A stretch of DNA of 64,000 nt. Source: Geosiphon pyriformis uo1. Lineage: Eukaryota > Fungi > Glomeromycota. Every line of letters begins with the position of its first letter. Within the stretch, counting starts at the first letter, position 1. The DNA lies in the NCBI GenBank assembly GCA_016748015.1, contig JAAOMT010000176.1:549436-613435 (forward strand), given 5' to 3'. Positions 13,041 to 25,050 of this stretch are shown here, one piece after another. The position numbers and the translations under genes were made by a program. The notes beneath the pieces are model-generated. The model saw only the letters and a program-made list of their open reading frames with translations, did not search any database and was not told the origin of the DNA.

Positions 13041-14134
13041 TCATGGTAACAAAATTTGATTCGTAAATTCATAATAATCTAGTCTTTTGAAGAGCTAAAC
13101 TCTTCCATTTTGAGCAAGTCAAAGGCTGAAAATTCAACTCTTTGTCTCAAATATTATACGGGCAAAATTCCAAGAATCAAAGTATCCATTTGTTTTCTGA
13201 TTTCGTCGAATCGCTGCTTAAGATTTCATCAAACCTTTTGATAATCACGCTGAAAAAATCAGGGACGAGTGGGTAAAAAATTTCAGATCAATGTGACAAG
13301 TTGGGGCACACTAAAAGGCTAGGCATTCACAAATTCGTAATTCGAAGGACGGAGGCTTGAATCACAGAAAAAAATCATTTTACGCGTTTTTATGATTTTG
13401 AACCATTTCGAAGCTGAATAGCGCGTCAAAAAAAGGTTTAAGAAATTGAAAAAAGAATTAGAATCACGAAATTTGGGAATCTGATATCGCGTAACGCGTC
13501 TTTGTGTTTAAAAATACAAGATTCAAGCAAGTTTTTTTCCATTTGAAACTTGTGTGAAATTTTCTTAGTGATAAATCATAAATTTCCATTCTCGCTTGAG
13601 CAATTTTTTTAGCACCTATCACAATTCACTTGCCAATCGAAGCTTAATTTAAATTGTAAGAAGATAAGGATTTAAGGAAAATGGCTAAGTTTTTTTCCTT
13701 GGCATTGAAAAAATTCGGAAATATTAAAAACACAAAGCCCGTTGTGTGTTGATTTTTGTGATGTACAAAAAGTATAATTTAATGCATAACAAAATCTTAT
13801 AGCTTTACTTAGAATGAAAGACTAAAAATTTAAATTAACCTCTTTTAATCCCTTTTTGGTGATTCGTGATTTGGTCCCTCTTTCAAATCCCTCATTTCAT
13901 TAAGAATGAAAAGAAAGGAAATATAATATAAAAGCAGCCCCACTGTTCTCAAACTTTTCTCATCGCTCAGTCACTTGCAAAATTGAAGCCATTTCTTTAG
14001 TAATTTATTATAATCCTTTGTGACTTAAAGATTTTATCCAAACCAAAAAATCACATTTGATCCCCTGATAATCTAACTTCTGTTAATTGGGCCAACTTTT
14101 TATGACATCATTTTAAAAATAATTTTAATCAATT

Positions 14135-15797
14135 ATGATGATGATGATGATGATGAACAAACATAACAACTACTACCACCAGAACCAGAACCAAAATCAA
14201 ACAAAGTTACATCACCCTTCAACCGGCGTAACGAATCCAACTCCCAATACTTGTGCCATTGCCACCATTTCTTCAGCTTTCAACGCGAGAACCACTACTC
14301 ATTCTCGTTCTGTTTCACCGGAAGTTGAAACGGTCACGACTGTCATGACACCACAAACTCAAAAATTGTCCAGCAATTTCATATCTAGCACCTCTTCTAC
14401 TCGGCATCACCAACAACACAAATATATTCCTAATGACTTATGTCAACAATCTAATTCAAGTAACACTTCCGCCCTTACATATTCAACTTCGAGTCTGACT
14501 GTTGAACCTTTTACCATACCTGAAACACAATATTACTATTTCCCACCAGTATTCGCGTCGTTTGATGCCCAAACGTCGTTAACAGCCACCTCCACTCCAA
14601 ACCATCAATCTTCATACGATCATCAACGCTATACGAGTTCCAATCTTTCCAATAACCTATATAATCCTGGGAATTCGAGAAGTTCTAACTTGGACATCTA
14701 TGATTTTGGCAATAGTTACTCCTCAACTGCGAGTTCCCCAGCTTCGGACTATACCACCACTACCAATAACACCTCCGTTTCAAATAACAATAATTTGAGT
14801 TTCGTAAAGTCGGAGTCCGATACCCGCTCGTCCTTCAATCATAACAATGATTATACTTTTGGGTTGAATTTAACCAAGGAAATACCAATTTCTCAACTGG
14901 TTTATTCTCAACCAGGTACTAAAAATGAATTCATTTATTCAACGCGTGGATTTGATGTATTTTTGTAATTTAAATTAATCGAAAGCATAATAATTAATTA
15001 ATTTTATTCTTTTTCTACTAGGTTCCTCTCAAATGTTTTCTTCTAATCTCGCCGACTGTTTTCCAATTCATCAAACTCCCAACTTGCATTCATTTGTTAA
15101 TAATATCACTACTTCCTCATCACCACCCGCACTTTCAACACATGCAAAACTTACCTCAATAACTCCACTTTCACCTATTTCATCTATTTCTACTCTTTCA
15201 CCAATCTCTGCAATGTCACCGCACTCACCACTTTCCCCAACTGATGACCATCATCGTATCTTTGATTTCGATACCAAGTCTCTATTTTCTCGTGATTGTC
15301 TTTCGTTGGACGGACACGATTATTATTCAAATGATTCTTTTGGTGATCTATTATCACGTAAAGCTTTGGAACTCACACAACCACGTCATCACGTAAAGCC
15401 AATAATGTTAGCCAAACAGACCCGGAAATCTACGAAAGCTGTTGCTCATTTCGCCTGTCCGCATGAACATTGTCCAAAAACATTTACGCGTCAGTATAAT
15501 CTGAAATCACATCTTCGCACTCATACAGATGAACGTCCGTTTATATGCAACCATCCTGGTTGTCCACGTGCATTCGCTCGTCAACATGATTTGAAGCGAC
15601 ATCAGAAATTACACCTGGGCTTGAAACCACACGTTTGCCGAAATTGCGGACGTGCATTTGCTAGGTTAGATGCGCTGAATCGTCATCTACGAAGTGACAA
15701 TGCAGCACAATGTGCTCAAGCCAATTTGGCAAGACGTTTCTCTTCAAATTCACCTTTGTCCGCGAAATATTTTTCTCATGCAGCTCCGACATTATGA
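14135..15797 (+). CDS. CRZ1: C2H2 zinc-finger transcription factor, Crz1/CrzA-like
   Basis: Ser/Thr/Asn-rich N-terminus and an intron at ~14957-15021. Three fingers (FTRQYNLKSHLRTHTDERPFIC...FARQHDLKRHQKLH...CGRAFARLDALNRH) match the Crz1 finger signature. TATATAAAA at ~13925. Orthology versus paralogy is not certain. Confidence 0.8.
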
Positions 15798-16438
15798 TCC
15801 GTACAATTTAGGCATTGCACAAATTAACAGGACGATTTGTTGCCAAGTAGACTCTGTTGATCTTTCAACTCCTACATTATGAATGGAGAAACCACGATGT
15901 ATTTGACAGTCTTTGATACTACGTCGGGACATTTGTCCAACTTTGTCATTGGTCAATTTCTTTAATTTTGCTTTGGCCAAGTAAAATATTATTTTATATC
16001 TGAATTGATCTTTGGTGCTTATTATGCAATTCCTATTTTTATTCGACGAAAAAGTTTATAACTGTAAATTATTCTTTTCATTACTCCAGCATCTTCAACT
16101 TTCCCAAGCATTGCTAGCATTTTACTGTACATATGATTGGGCTTAGAAACCAAGATTTGAATATATATATTTAAAAAAGCTTTTCATGTGTTTGGCATAA
16201 CCACTCGCAAACATTATTCATAACATCCTTTCAATCTCAAAATAAAATCCACATTTCAAAATTTGAAGTGGTAAATAACATTCGAATAATGTTCCAAAAT
16301 TGAATACAAACTTTGAATTCAATTGAGACTAATTGATGAAATGATTTGATTCTAGCTACAAGATTGGATTAAGGAATGTACTTGATAATAAATTAAAAAT
16401 AAACTCGTTCTTTAGATTTTGCCTGCTTGACAATACCA

Positions 16439-17857
16439 CTATGTTTTCTTGCTCGACCGTATGGGAATTAGTGATAATCGTGTGAACAAGGCAAATAAAA
16501 GAAAGGTGTATCGGGTTGTATACTCTTTGGCATAGAACAATATTGCCTGAGACAGTACCGCTTTTGTGATTTGTGCTTGCATTCCCTAAGTTTTATGTTT
16601 TAAAAAATATTAGATAATAAAAATTTCCAAATAAAATATTAAATGCGGAATTTCTAGAACTTACCGTGTACCAACCAAAAAATCCATCATTTTTTAAAAC
16701 TTTATATAGCACGTCTATTGCACCTGAATACCTTCTCACTTGCACGTTATTATCCTTCCTGCCACTACCACCACTAATATCATCATAATTACTCTTTTTG
16801 CTGATCTGGTTTCCATTGAGTTGTGGCTGATGAACCTCAATTTCTACCATCTCTTTCGCCCTATCAATATTTACCGGTTTCGGTGGTCGCCATTGTAATC
16901 TTACTTTTGCCATAATATAAGGGTAAGTGATGATGGTAGCCAGGGTCTTACTAAAAGCACCTAACCAAAATGATATAGCTGGGCTCAATTCCGCACCAGC
17001 CCGTTCACCTATCAAAGTTTTTCCTCGCTCAAATGCACCATAAGTAATAGCGGGATTCACACATAGTATCAATGATGGTTTCAAACCCTTCCACAATCCC
17101 GTTGGACCATCTTCTGAAATAATTTCTTTCGCGGTTCCCACCAAATCTTTACGTTCTGAGCTCGAGACTGTCTGCTGTCGTGTAGTAATCACCGATACGG
17201 GGATCGTAAATATTTGAGCGAGTGCACCAGCCAGAGCCCCCAAAAGAAGTTCAGCGGCAGTTGAAAGATTTGACGCTTTAGTGCGTTTTTGATACGAAGA
17301 ACGGAGAAAATAATACCAGTAAAAATATGCAAAATTTGTAGAGGCGGCCCCTATTAGACCGGCCGGAAGACCAGCATATAAGCCAAGTATGCCCTCTTTC
17401 GTAGAAATTTTGTAGATTGCGTCCAACGTGGAATCATAATAAGGGACCGTTTCATTAGGGAGATCGATGGTTTTAGATTTCGATTGCACTTGAAGTCGCG
17501 TTTTGACTCTGTGATTTGGATGGTTGAAAATACCCGTAGAATGGAATGTGGAAAGGATATTAACTTGAATTAGATAATTATTAAAGAAAACTTATTATAT
17601 CAAATGAAAAAACAGCAGGCGCAATGCCCTTCAGTTTTCAGAAACTGAAGCTCTTTGGACTTGTTGAGCTTCCACTTGAGAATTTGACTCTTAAAGTTTT
17701 ACACCATAATGTCTCTTTTCATTTCCTCTATCAAAACTTTGACTTACATGTCTAAGGGATATGTTATAGCCAGTGCAATTAATCCACCTATTGCTCCAGC
17801 AACTGCATTTCCAAAAGGCGATAAAGGTTGCTGAGCTTCTTTAGACACGACTCCCAT
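16439..17857 (-). CDS. ANT1: Mitochondrial-carrier-family protein, peroxisomal adenine nucleotide transporter (Ant1/PMP34-like)
   Basis: Exons 17857-17748, 17508-16665 and 16585-16439. Carrier motifs: YPLD.VKTRLQ, IPVSVITTRQQT, YPYIMAKVRLQ, LCVNPAITYG, GMQAQITKAVLSQA. Confidence 0.88.
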
Positions 17858-18040
17858 TTAAACAGATAAAACGAAAAATAGATAGAAAACGTAGATTCAC
17901 TTCCTTTTTAAAAGAACGAATAAAATAATTCGCTTCCTGCAAAGAATGAAATGAATTAAAGTTCCTTAAGCTAAAATTTATTTGGGGTAAATGAAACTTT
18001 TATTTCCAAAAGGCAATTTTGAAAAATCAAAGAGTCGTGC

Positions 18041-18114
18041 CGCCCCCACCTGGATTTGAACCAGGATCCTTTCGGTTAACAGCCGAACGCGCTAACCAAT
18101 TGCGCCATGGAGGC
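18041..18114 (-). tRNA. tRNA-Asn (GTT)
   Basis: Reverse complement GCCTCCATGGCGCAATTGGTTAGCGCGTTCGGCTGTTAACCGAAAGGATCCTGGTTCAAATCCAGGTGGGGGCG folds as a full cloverleaf with a GTT anticodon. Confidence 0.96.
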
Positions 18115-18582
18115 CTCACATCTTGGCTGTTGTGATACTTTTAATTTATTAATACAACACTTTTCAATCGCAGTCAATTCATACTGTCTCAAATTAAGCA
18201 TATTCCGAGAATTTTTATATTGCGAACGTTTAAATGAGACGCATTAATGATTTAAGCTGGTCAATTAAAGTGCTCGTAAGCATACATTTGTATAACTTTT
18301 TCATTCAATATTTGAAAGTTTCTTATGAGTTTTGCGGGAAAAAATCACACAATATCTAAAAGTCAATATGGAAATCTCTTGTCCTCGACTTTTAAACTAT
18401 TCAAACGCATGAGTCTTTGTTTATTTATTTGCTCATGAAATCTAGAATCTTCGTAAAAATGTAAATCAAAGGGGAAAAATACGCGAATTACCATTCTAAT
18501 TGATGGTCAAAAATAAGGGCTATAAAAACTCGCCATTTTTGCGGCTGGTATTGAGATTAAGGAAAACATCGAATATCTATAA

Positions 18583-20026
18583 TTACGTGGGAGGAGGTTT
18601 TAAAATACGAACAGCATCTTTGGAGAACACATAGCTTAAACCAGATACTATAGTGGTCCCTCCAACCGTATATCTAAGAGATGATTAATCATTATCATGA
18701 TATTTTGAACATAAAGATACAAATACGTTGTATTATTAAACAAATATACGTACTGCAACGCTGTAAGAGCAGGGCCCTGTGTCCAATTCAAAGCAGGGCA
18801 TGTAACGGTAAAGCCCATAAGAACCAATTGAAGCGCTGTATTCACCTTTAAAAAATGTAATCAAGGAAATTAAGGATAAAGGGTTGAATCTTTTTTGATG
18901 TATAAGACAAATACCTTGCTGATAAAACTAGGTCGTACTTCTGCCGAAGGAATCGAAAAATCAAAATATCTTGATAAAGTTTTCTGAAAGACGGTTAAGT
19001 AAACGAAGTCGAATAATTGAAAGCCCCGTTAATTCAACTTGCACAAAATATCGGGGAAACAAAAATCATGATCAATAATTTAAATACAGGTGGCGGCAAA
19101 GATATATATCGATAATAAAGAGAAGCCAGGATCAAAGCAGCGTCACGACCAAGTATCAGAACAGCCAATGGAACTGTTCATGATAAAATAAATTATTTGG
19201 TTATTAAAATTATTTGCTTGTACATATTTAGAGAAAATTTTTGAATTTACATGGAAGTAAATCCTGCATCGTTAAGGTGACAGTCATTACAGTCATTAGG
19301 ATCTTGTCAGCTGCAGGGTCCATTACTGTTCCAATAATTGTTCGCATATTGTATTGTCGCGCAATAGCTCCATCCAACTACTTAAGTAATATTTAATTTA
19401 TTAAATGACCAATGTGGCAAAGCATAAATTTAATCAAAATCAATTCTTACAAGATCGGTAAATCCAGCATAAATAAAAATTCCTAACGCGATTTCATACT
19501 TCTGGTTTAGGATAAAATATCCAATAATTGGGGAAGCAACCAATCGAGATAACGTTAAAAGGTTGGGAATCGTATATATATTTTCCCTCAAAGGAATCTC
19601 TTTTAACTGTGTAAAGTTTTTAAAAATATATTTGTTAAAATGATAAAAGAAACAACGGGAAAACATTTATAACTTCTTACAACCTTGCGGAATAGGTTAA
19701 GAGCTTCTGCTGACTTAAATTTTTGATCAGAGCTTTTATTAAGTGGGTAGGGAGAACTACTGAAGGAATTCAGACCTGTATATATTGGCAAAAAAAAACT
19801 GTTAAAGGAATCATTATGTAAGAGGAGTTGCTTTGAAGAGTTTCTGAAACAGACAATAGCAGAAAGAAAAGGTTAACAACCGCAAATGACGGTCGATAGA
19901 GGTCAATCCCAAGGTTTTCTGGAGTAAAAGTTTAGGAGGAAAAGGAGAGTGTTTCGATAGCAAGACATTATGTTTGAAAAACCTGAGGCTGATCCGCTGA
20001 AAGGGGCATTTGGGTAGCAAAACCAT
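18583..20026 (-). CDS. CRD1: Cardiolipin synthase (CDP-alcohol phosphatidyltransferase), multi-exon
   Basis: ENIYTIPNLLTLSRL...AGFTDL|LDGAIARQYNMRTIIGTVMDPAADKIL...LGRDAAL; PSAEVRPSFISK|VNTALQL; C-terminal SGLSYVFSKDAVRIL. A basic presequence-like N-terminus; the start is tentative. Confidence 0.9.
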
Positions 20027-20372
20027 TTGTGCTGCTCAAAACAAAAATTCAAGCCTGAGAAAACTTATTATTTAATTGGCAGCTGATCTAAATGAGAAAC
20101 TTTTAATTGAAAATTATTACTTGATTTTACGTTTTAAATTCACATTAACGAAAAAAGAATTTAAAAAAATGTGTAATTAAAAAATTAAATATGCTTTCAC
20201 ATTAACTTTTCAGGAGTATTTTTCATGAAAAAATAGGTTAGGTTTGAACAATAATTTATTGGGAAACTTAAAAAAGAATTTCTTCCTGACATCATTAAAT
20301 GAAGACATTTATTAAATCGATGAGTCATTTGAAATATATCTTTAAATTTTTGTCTTCGCGTTCATTGAACAT

Positions 20373-20845
20373 CTATGTAAAATTTATGTTTACCTTTGAT
20401 GGATTGAGAGGATTTTTTGTATAAAAACGGTAATGTCGACTCCAATTGACGACAGTATTGTAAGCAAATCTTATCAAGCCCAAGCACCGCTTCAAGAGTT
20501 GCTTTTGAAGATGTTTTGGATACACCTTGATTAATAGTGTGTGGTTGAGAGTATCTTCCATCTTCTGAAATTTTCGATGAGCTGCTATCACTTTTCCCTT
20601 ACGCTTTTCGCCTGTTTGACGCTCTCGTTGATGGTAGGCAGCTCTCCTTCCCTCCATAAGGCGTATAAAGACTTTTGATGGGAAAAATGTCTTGTGAGAG
20701 TTCATGTTCATCGGAGGTCGCATCGTCGAAGAGAACCACGAATTTTGCAGAATGGAGGAAAAAGATCTATTTGAAGGCAGATCGGCAAAGCCTATCACGA
20801 TGAGTGACCACAATTTCCACGGCTTGTTCGTTCCAATAGGGTCTT
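20373..20845 (-). pseudogene. Fanzor2/TnpB (OrfB) N-terminal fragment, truncated before RuvC
   Basis: HTLLIKVYPKHLQKQLLKRCLGLIRFAYNTVV matches the HTH_OrfB_IS605-type motif KxxxYPxxxQxxxLxxxxGxxRFxYN. Upstream PYWNEQ..LWSL...DLPSN...QNSWFS lies in a frame overlapping tnpA. No RuvC or zinc finger is visible downstream. Confidence 0.75.
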
Positions 20846-21110
20846 AAGTATCAATCATTTGAAATTGATACCTTGACCCTATATCGTTGAGGAGTTTGTA
20901 GGTTAGAAATCGAGAGATGATTTGCTTTTGTCGCTCGAAATCTTTTTGCTTTGCACTAGGGGCATGGGGTAGAGGTAACCTTTCTTGGTAGCAGAGGTGG
21001 CGGCGATATCAGTATTTTGAGAAGTTAGCTCAGGAAATAGGGAAGTGGGAAGAGAAAAAGGTAGGGTATTTATTTTCGCGATTTTGACCTGATAAGCATT
21101 ATTAAGCAAC
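20590..21110 (-). pseudogene. tnpA: IS607-family TnpA serine recombinase, frameshifted relic
   Basis: Stitching minus-strand frames gives KKGYLY..PSAKQKDFERQKQ...LLNDIGS/GINFK*..LKTLLER../EIVVTHRDRLCRSAFK*IF...FVVLFDDATSDEHELSQDIF../VFIRLMEGRRA. This matches, in order, the IS607 TnpA motifs GYxRVSSxKQxxDLERQ, DIGSGLNFKR, VVxxxDRLxRF and EELxxDLxxIxxVFxxRLYGxR. Confidence 0.85.
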
Positions 21111-22528
21111 TAGTATTTCTATCTTTTATCAATTAATAATGAGGCATTCACTAAAGAACAAAGGATAAAAGTAAATTGCTATGATTGATAGAAATGTAAC
21201 TTTCGGCATTGTACACCGCCAAAATACAATCACCATTCTGGCGTAATATCTAGTCTCATTATTATTGTTGATAAAGGACTTTATTACAATCCATTTTGTT
21301 ATGGTTTTTGTAAGAAAATAATTTGGGGAATTTTTACTACCTAAAATCGTTGAAGTCTGCAAATTTTTAATTGTGCGGTAATGAAATTCTTCGTTCCCTT
21401 TATCAGCCAATAGTGGATTTTCACCATGTCTTTAGGGACAAAAGGTATTTATTTATCTAAACTGGGATTTATTGGTGAGTAATAGAAGCAATCAGGCCAG
21501 CTTATTCAATTTGAAATTTAAATTTAATGAAGGATGTGTACTCTTCTAATTTACCCAGGAGTGTAAAGTAAATCTGCAAATTGTATCCTTTTAGTTGATG
21601 TCAAGTTATTATTATTATATGAGTATCTTCTCGCTTAATAGAATAATTGGCTTAATTCAATTTGTTTTATTTTATTTTCTAATTTTTGCAAGAAATTTTT
21701 TTTTCACAATCATTTAAATTTTCCAAAAAAAAAAACTTTCTCAACTTAAATCCTTTCCTAATAATAGACTTCAAAATTAGATTTATAAAAACAAAAAATT
21801 CTTTTATCGTTCTTCACGTTTTCGCATGAACTCTTTAGACTCACCTTAAGAAAAGTCGCACATATTACAGTAAGGGTTCAGTATAAAAAACACGAAATTT
21901 ATTAATTTGTCACGTGTACTATTGATATAATTCGCACCCAAATTTCAGCAGGAAAAATCGTCTGAATTCCTGTCTTGAACTAAAGAGGCTGTGAGGGCTT
22001 ATGTGTTTGTGTATCCATGCGAAAGAATTTTTGTCGCTCTCTTGGCGACTCGATTACAATCTAAATAATGGTGGAAGACGTTCAACGATTATATCTTTAT
22101 GGACGTATAAAATTTACTAGTTTTTTTAGCTACATTTGGAAAAAATTTCAAATCGAGGCGCGACCATCTCAGCCCAAAAATAGTAGTCTGCTGCATATTC
22201 TGTCACTATTTCCGCAAAGCCCATCTATCACTAAAATAAAAGCCTTAGAAAGGGGCTGTTGTCTTCTCTGTATCTCTTTCCTCCAGCATTACTTGTGCAA
22301 TCTAGCATTTTTTTTCAAAGAAATTTTACAAAGAAAATTTTTAATTTTCCTGCCTTTGGAGCCATCTCTTTTACCTTTGCTCTAAAATCAAATTTCTGAT
22401 CAAATCTATACTAGTCTAAAAGATAACGAGACGTGTCTACGCGATACTCCATCCTCACTTTTCTCGGCCACTTTATAAAGACTTTTTTCTCTTGGGCGCG
22501 AATTTAACGAGAAAAATATCCCTATCAA

Positions 22529-23432
22529 ATGGTACATCCTTTACAGATAAAAATTCATTCTTCGGAAGGTGATGATGACCATCCCTTGGACGCAAAGATT
22601 GACGATAGGCCAAATCCAATTAGATCATCAAGTGAGATAAACCAAAGAAAAGTGGTCATTGGATCTGATGATGATGATGAACTAAGCACTTGGAAGAAAA
22701 TTAAAGGATGTTGGGGACGTAGTGAAACTGTTATAAGGATTTTCTCGTATTTGCGTCTTGTCCTGGCAATGACTCTTTACTTTCTTATCGCCGTCGATGT
22801 TATACACTTAACAAGAGGGAAAGGAAAATCTTTTTGGGTTGAGGTTTTCACACAATTGATAAACGCTGAGTTTACGTTGCTTACCCTGATCAGTCATCCT
22901 AAAAGAATCAGGAATCTACCACGAGCTATAAAAATATTCAGCGCAGGGGGAGGAGGGAATATAGCTGGAGCTCAAGGAGTTTCAGAGGATGTTAGAAAGA
23001 CTCAACTAAAAGTTCACAAGGATTACGATTGGTATACCTATGAAGGTGAACAAATGTTCATTTGTACACCGGAAAAATTGCTTCTGATCATGTTACTTTG
23101 GAATTTGGGAAGTATAGCCCAATATGGGGTTGCATGTGAGTCCAAGTTGAATAGCGATCCTGCTTAACTGTTTGTGCTTCAGTTATTGATTGAATTATTA
23201 TTTCATTTCCATAGCAATTTTATGGTTTAGCAAACCACTTAATCGTCCTATCGTGGCATATATTGTCGTAGGTGCTGTTTCATTTCTATGCGAATTCCTG
23301 CCGATTCCTATGGTTGTTATGCAAACCAGACTTTCCCGAAATGCAAAGAAATTCTCGGAAATGGACCGCCGAAGCGGAGCGTTGGCTACTCAAAGAAATA
23401 TGAGATCATTAGAGATGAAAGGAACACTCTGA
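22529..23432 (+). CDS. Multi-pass membrane protein, DUF2985-like
   Basis: Exons 22529-23135 and 23215-23432. WVEVFTQLINAEFTLLTLISHPKR and NLGSIAQYGVA..LW...NRP resemble DUF2985 motifs. About 4 hydrophobic helices. Confidence 0.7.
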
Positions 23433-23671
23433 AAACAATGAGGAAGGAATCTGGTAATGAGGATAAATCAACATTTTATGTTCAAAAATCAGTAACAGTT
23501 GCTAAGGAATATATTCTGTGATCATTCTTGTATTATTTGGGTTTAGATTTCTTTGGTCTGGAATTTTTGTATATACTCTGTTTGAAAAAAATAATTTTAT
23601 AATTAGAAAGTTTGATTTATCGCCTTTTAATAATGTAACCGGAATTAGACATTGATTATTAATAGGAAGAT

Positions 23672-24896
23672 TTATTGCATTTCTACCACTTTTGCACCAT
23701 CCTCTGTAACTTCTAATACCATCACCACCGTTTCTATACCCTCTTTGGTAAACGCATTAGTGATTGCTTCAGAGATTATGTCAAAATTGTGTGTTGCAAG
23801 AGCGAGAATTGTTGGGCCAGCACCACTCAAGCATATTCCCAGAAGGCCAGGATGAGTCTTTGGTTTGACGCTAGCGAGTATATGGGGGAGTCCGGGAATC
23901 TTAAAAGGGAAATGTGTTAAAAGTTTAAATTTAATTATATAAGGTTGTTAAAGTATTTACCAAGTGTTTTCTATACGGTTGATGTATTTTATCTTGCATT
24001 GCTTGAAATATCAGCTCAGGGTCTGGGGGTGACCTTGCAAGCGCACTTGTCAGTACTGCTAGCCGTTGCAAATTAAACACCTGTCGTCATCATAATCAAA
24101 ACAGGTAGTCATTATAATGTGAATATTCGCTTTCTAAAGAAAATTTCGAAGTTGTGTACTTAACGATATCCTGCCTTTCGTATGTATTTGGTAAAACGCT
24201 ACGAGCTTTTGCAGTTGATACTTCAAACTGCGGGATAATCGCGATAGCCTTTATTTCCTTTGCCCACCCTAACCTAATATAATGTCCTATGCCCACGGGT
24301 ACCTCAGGAATGCCGGCTGCTTTACCAACAATCAAACCATTATCGTCGAGTGTTTCTGAGTGTGGAATAGCTTCGGCATCGGTGTCCTTTGGATCTAATT
24401 CACGCAAATACGAAGCAACAAACCCACCCATTAAGGCAGCAGTTACATTGTCTGGATGTCGTTCAACAATTAGTGTATAGTCAAGCAAACGATCCACTGT
24501 CAATCCCAAATTTCCTGTAACGTTTCCTAAAATCACACCAGCTACGACAGCTGAGCCTGAAGACCCAAGCCCGCGCCCCATTGGAATGGGGTTTGTGACA
24601 TGTATCTTCAATGGAACAGGAAAACCCTCAATTTTGTGACAAGCCAATACATATAGAGCAGTTTTTGTTATAAGGTTTTTTTCAACTATGAGCGGCACTG
24701 TTTCAGAACCTTCTCCTGAGTAGGTTAATAATATTTCTTTGTTATAATTAGACTTGTTGGAATCTGGATACTTTTCGAGAAATTCCACGTCAATAGTGAG
24801 AAACATGGATAACGTTAACCCAAGGACATCAAAGCCGGGTCCAATATTGGCAGAGGAACAAGGGACAATAATCTTAACTTTTCTTGTGACGCTCAT
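23672..24896 (-). CDS. THR1: Homoserine kinase
   Basis: VPCSSANIGPGFDVLG, PMGRGLGSSG, ERHPDNV, FNLQR, MQDKIHQPYR, LGICLSGAGPTILAL. Two introns near 24081-24163 and 23900-23960. Confidence 0.96.
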
Positions 24897-25050
24897 ACTG
24901 AAAACTTGGTTAAAAAATCAAGCGAAATAATTTTTTGATAATCTGGGATGAGATTTTACCTACACCGCATTGTGATCACCCAATAGAAGTTCAGAGTCGC
25001 GTGACGCATTTAAAAAATGAAAATTTTATTTTCCGCCAAATACTATTATC

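Noticed and set aside
14135-14155. Poly-Met start (ATG)7 of the zinc-finger gene
   Set aside because: A simple trinucleotide repeat; it only makes the exact start ambiguous.
20030-20372. Search for Fanzor RuvC, omegaRNA or a right end downstream of the HTH
   Set aside because: The sequence becomes AT-rich CRD1 promoter with stops in all frames; nothing supportable.
21129-21410. 93-aa minus-strand ORF next to the IS607 relic, faintly like a kinase N-lobe (WIVIKSF)
   Set aside because: No diagnostic motifs; it cannot be assigned to the element or to a gene.
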